Origin: Octopus bimaculoides
Lineage: Eukaryota
Length of the DNA: 64,000 nucleotides
Assembly: GCF_001194135.2 (NCBI RefSeq)
Contig: NC_068997.1
Coordinates: forward strand, 15,606,109-15,670,108
Direction: 5' to 3'
Shown here: positions 63,952-64,000 of the stretch, piece by piece
How positions within the stretch are numbered: the stretch's first letter is position 1
How the letters are laid out: every line of letters begins with the position of its first letter
Made by a program: the position numbers and the translations under genes
The notes under the pieces: model-generated
Seen by the model: only the letters and a program-made list of their open reading frames with translations
The model's database searches: none
What the model was told of the DNA's origin: nothing

Positions 63952-64000
<49 letters not shown>

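Overview
AT-rich metazoan genomic DNA from a fragmented draft assembly (17 N-gaps). The repeat families point to a cephalopod, most likely Octopus (inference from the SINE/LINE repertoire and extreme microsatellite density, not from a database hit). Most of the window is (TA)n, (CA)n, (TACA)n, (CAT)n, (TAA)n, (CAC)n and (GA)n microsatellites, at least three tRNA-headed SINE families, many 3'-end fragments of an RTE LINE, and decayed autonomous elements: three R4/Dong-type restriction-like-endonuclease (RLE) LINE 3' ends, RTE and RTE-BovB 3' ends, and a Penelope GIY-YIG relic. Almost every ORF in the supplied track is a microsatellite or gap artefact. I could not identify any host protein-coding gene by homology; a few short splice-signal-bounded open frames are listed as low-confidence exon candidates. 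No rRNA, true tRNA, CRISPR or prokaryotic feature is present. I did not find a clearly new biological system. The best leads are (i) two divergent RLE LINE copies that both sit in CATACAT microsatellite, suggesting target specificity, (ii) a minimal type-I hammerhead-ribozyme-like motif at 60.1 kb plus two degenerate relatives, (iii) a perfect 60-bp-arm inverted repeat at 59.4-59.6 kb, and (iv) a composite element bracketed by telomere-like (CCCTAA)n at 41.6-42.5 kb.
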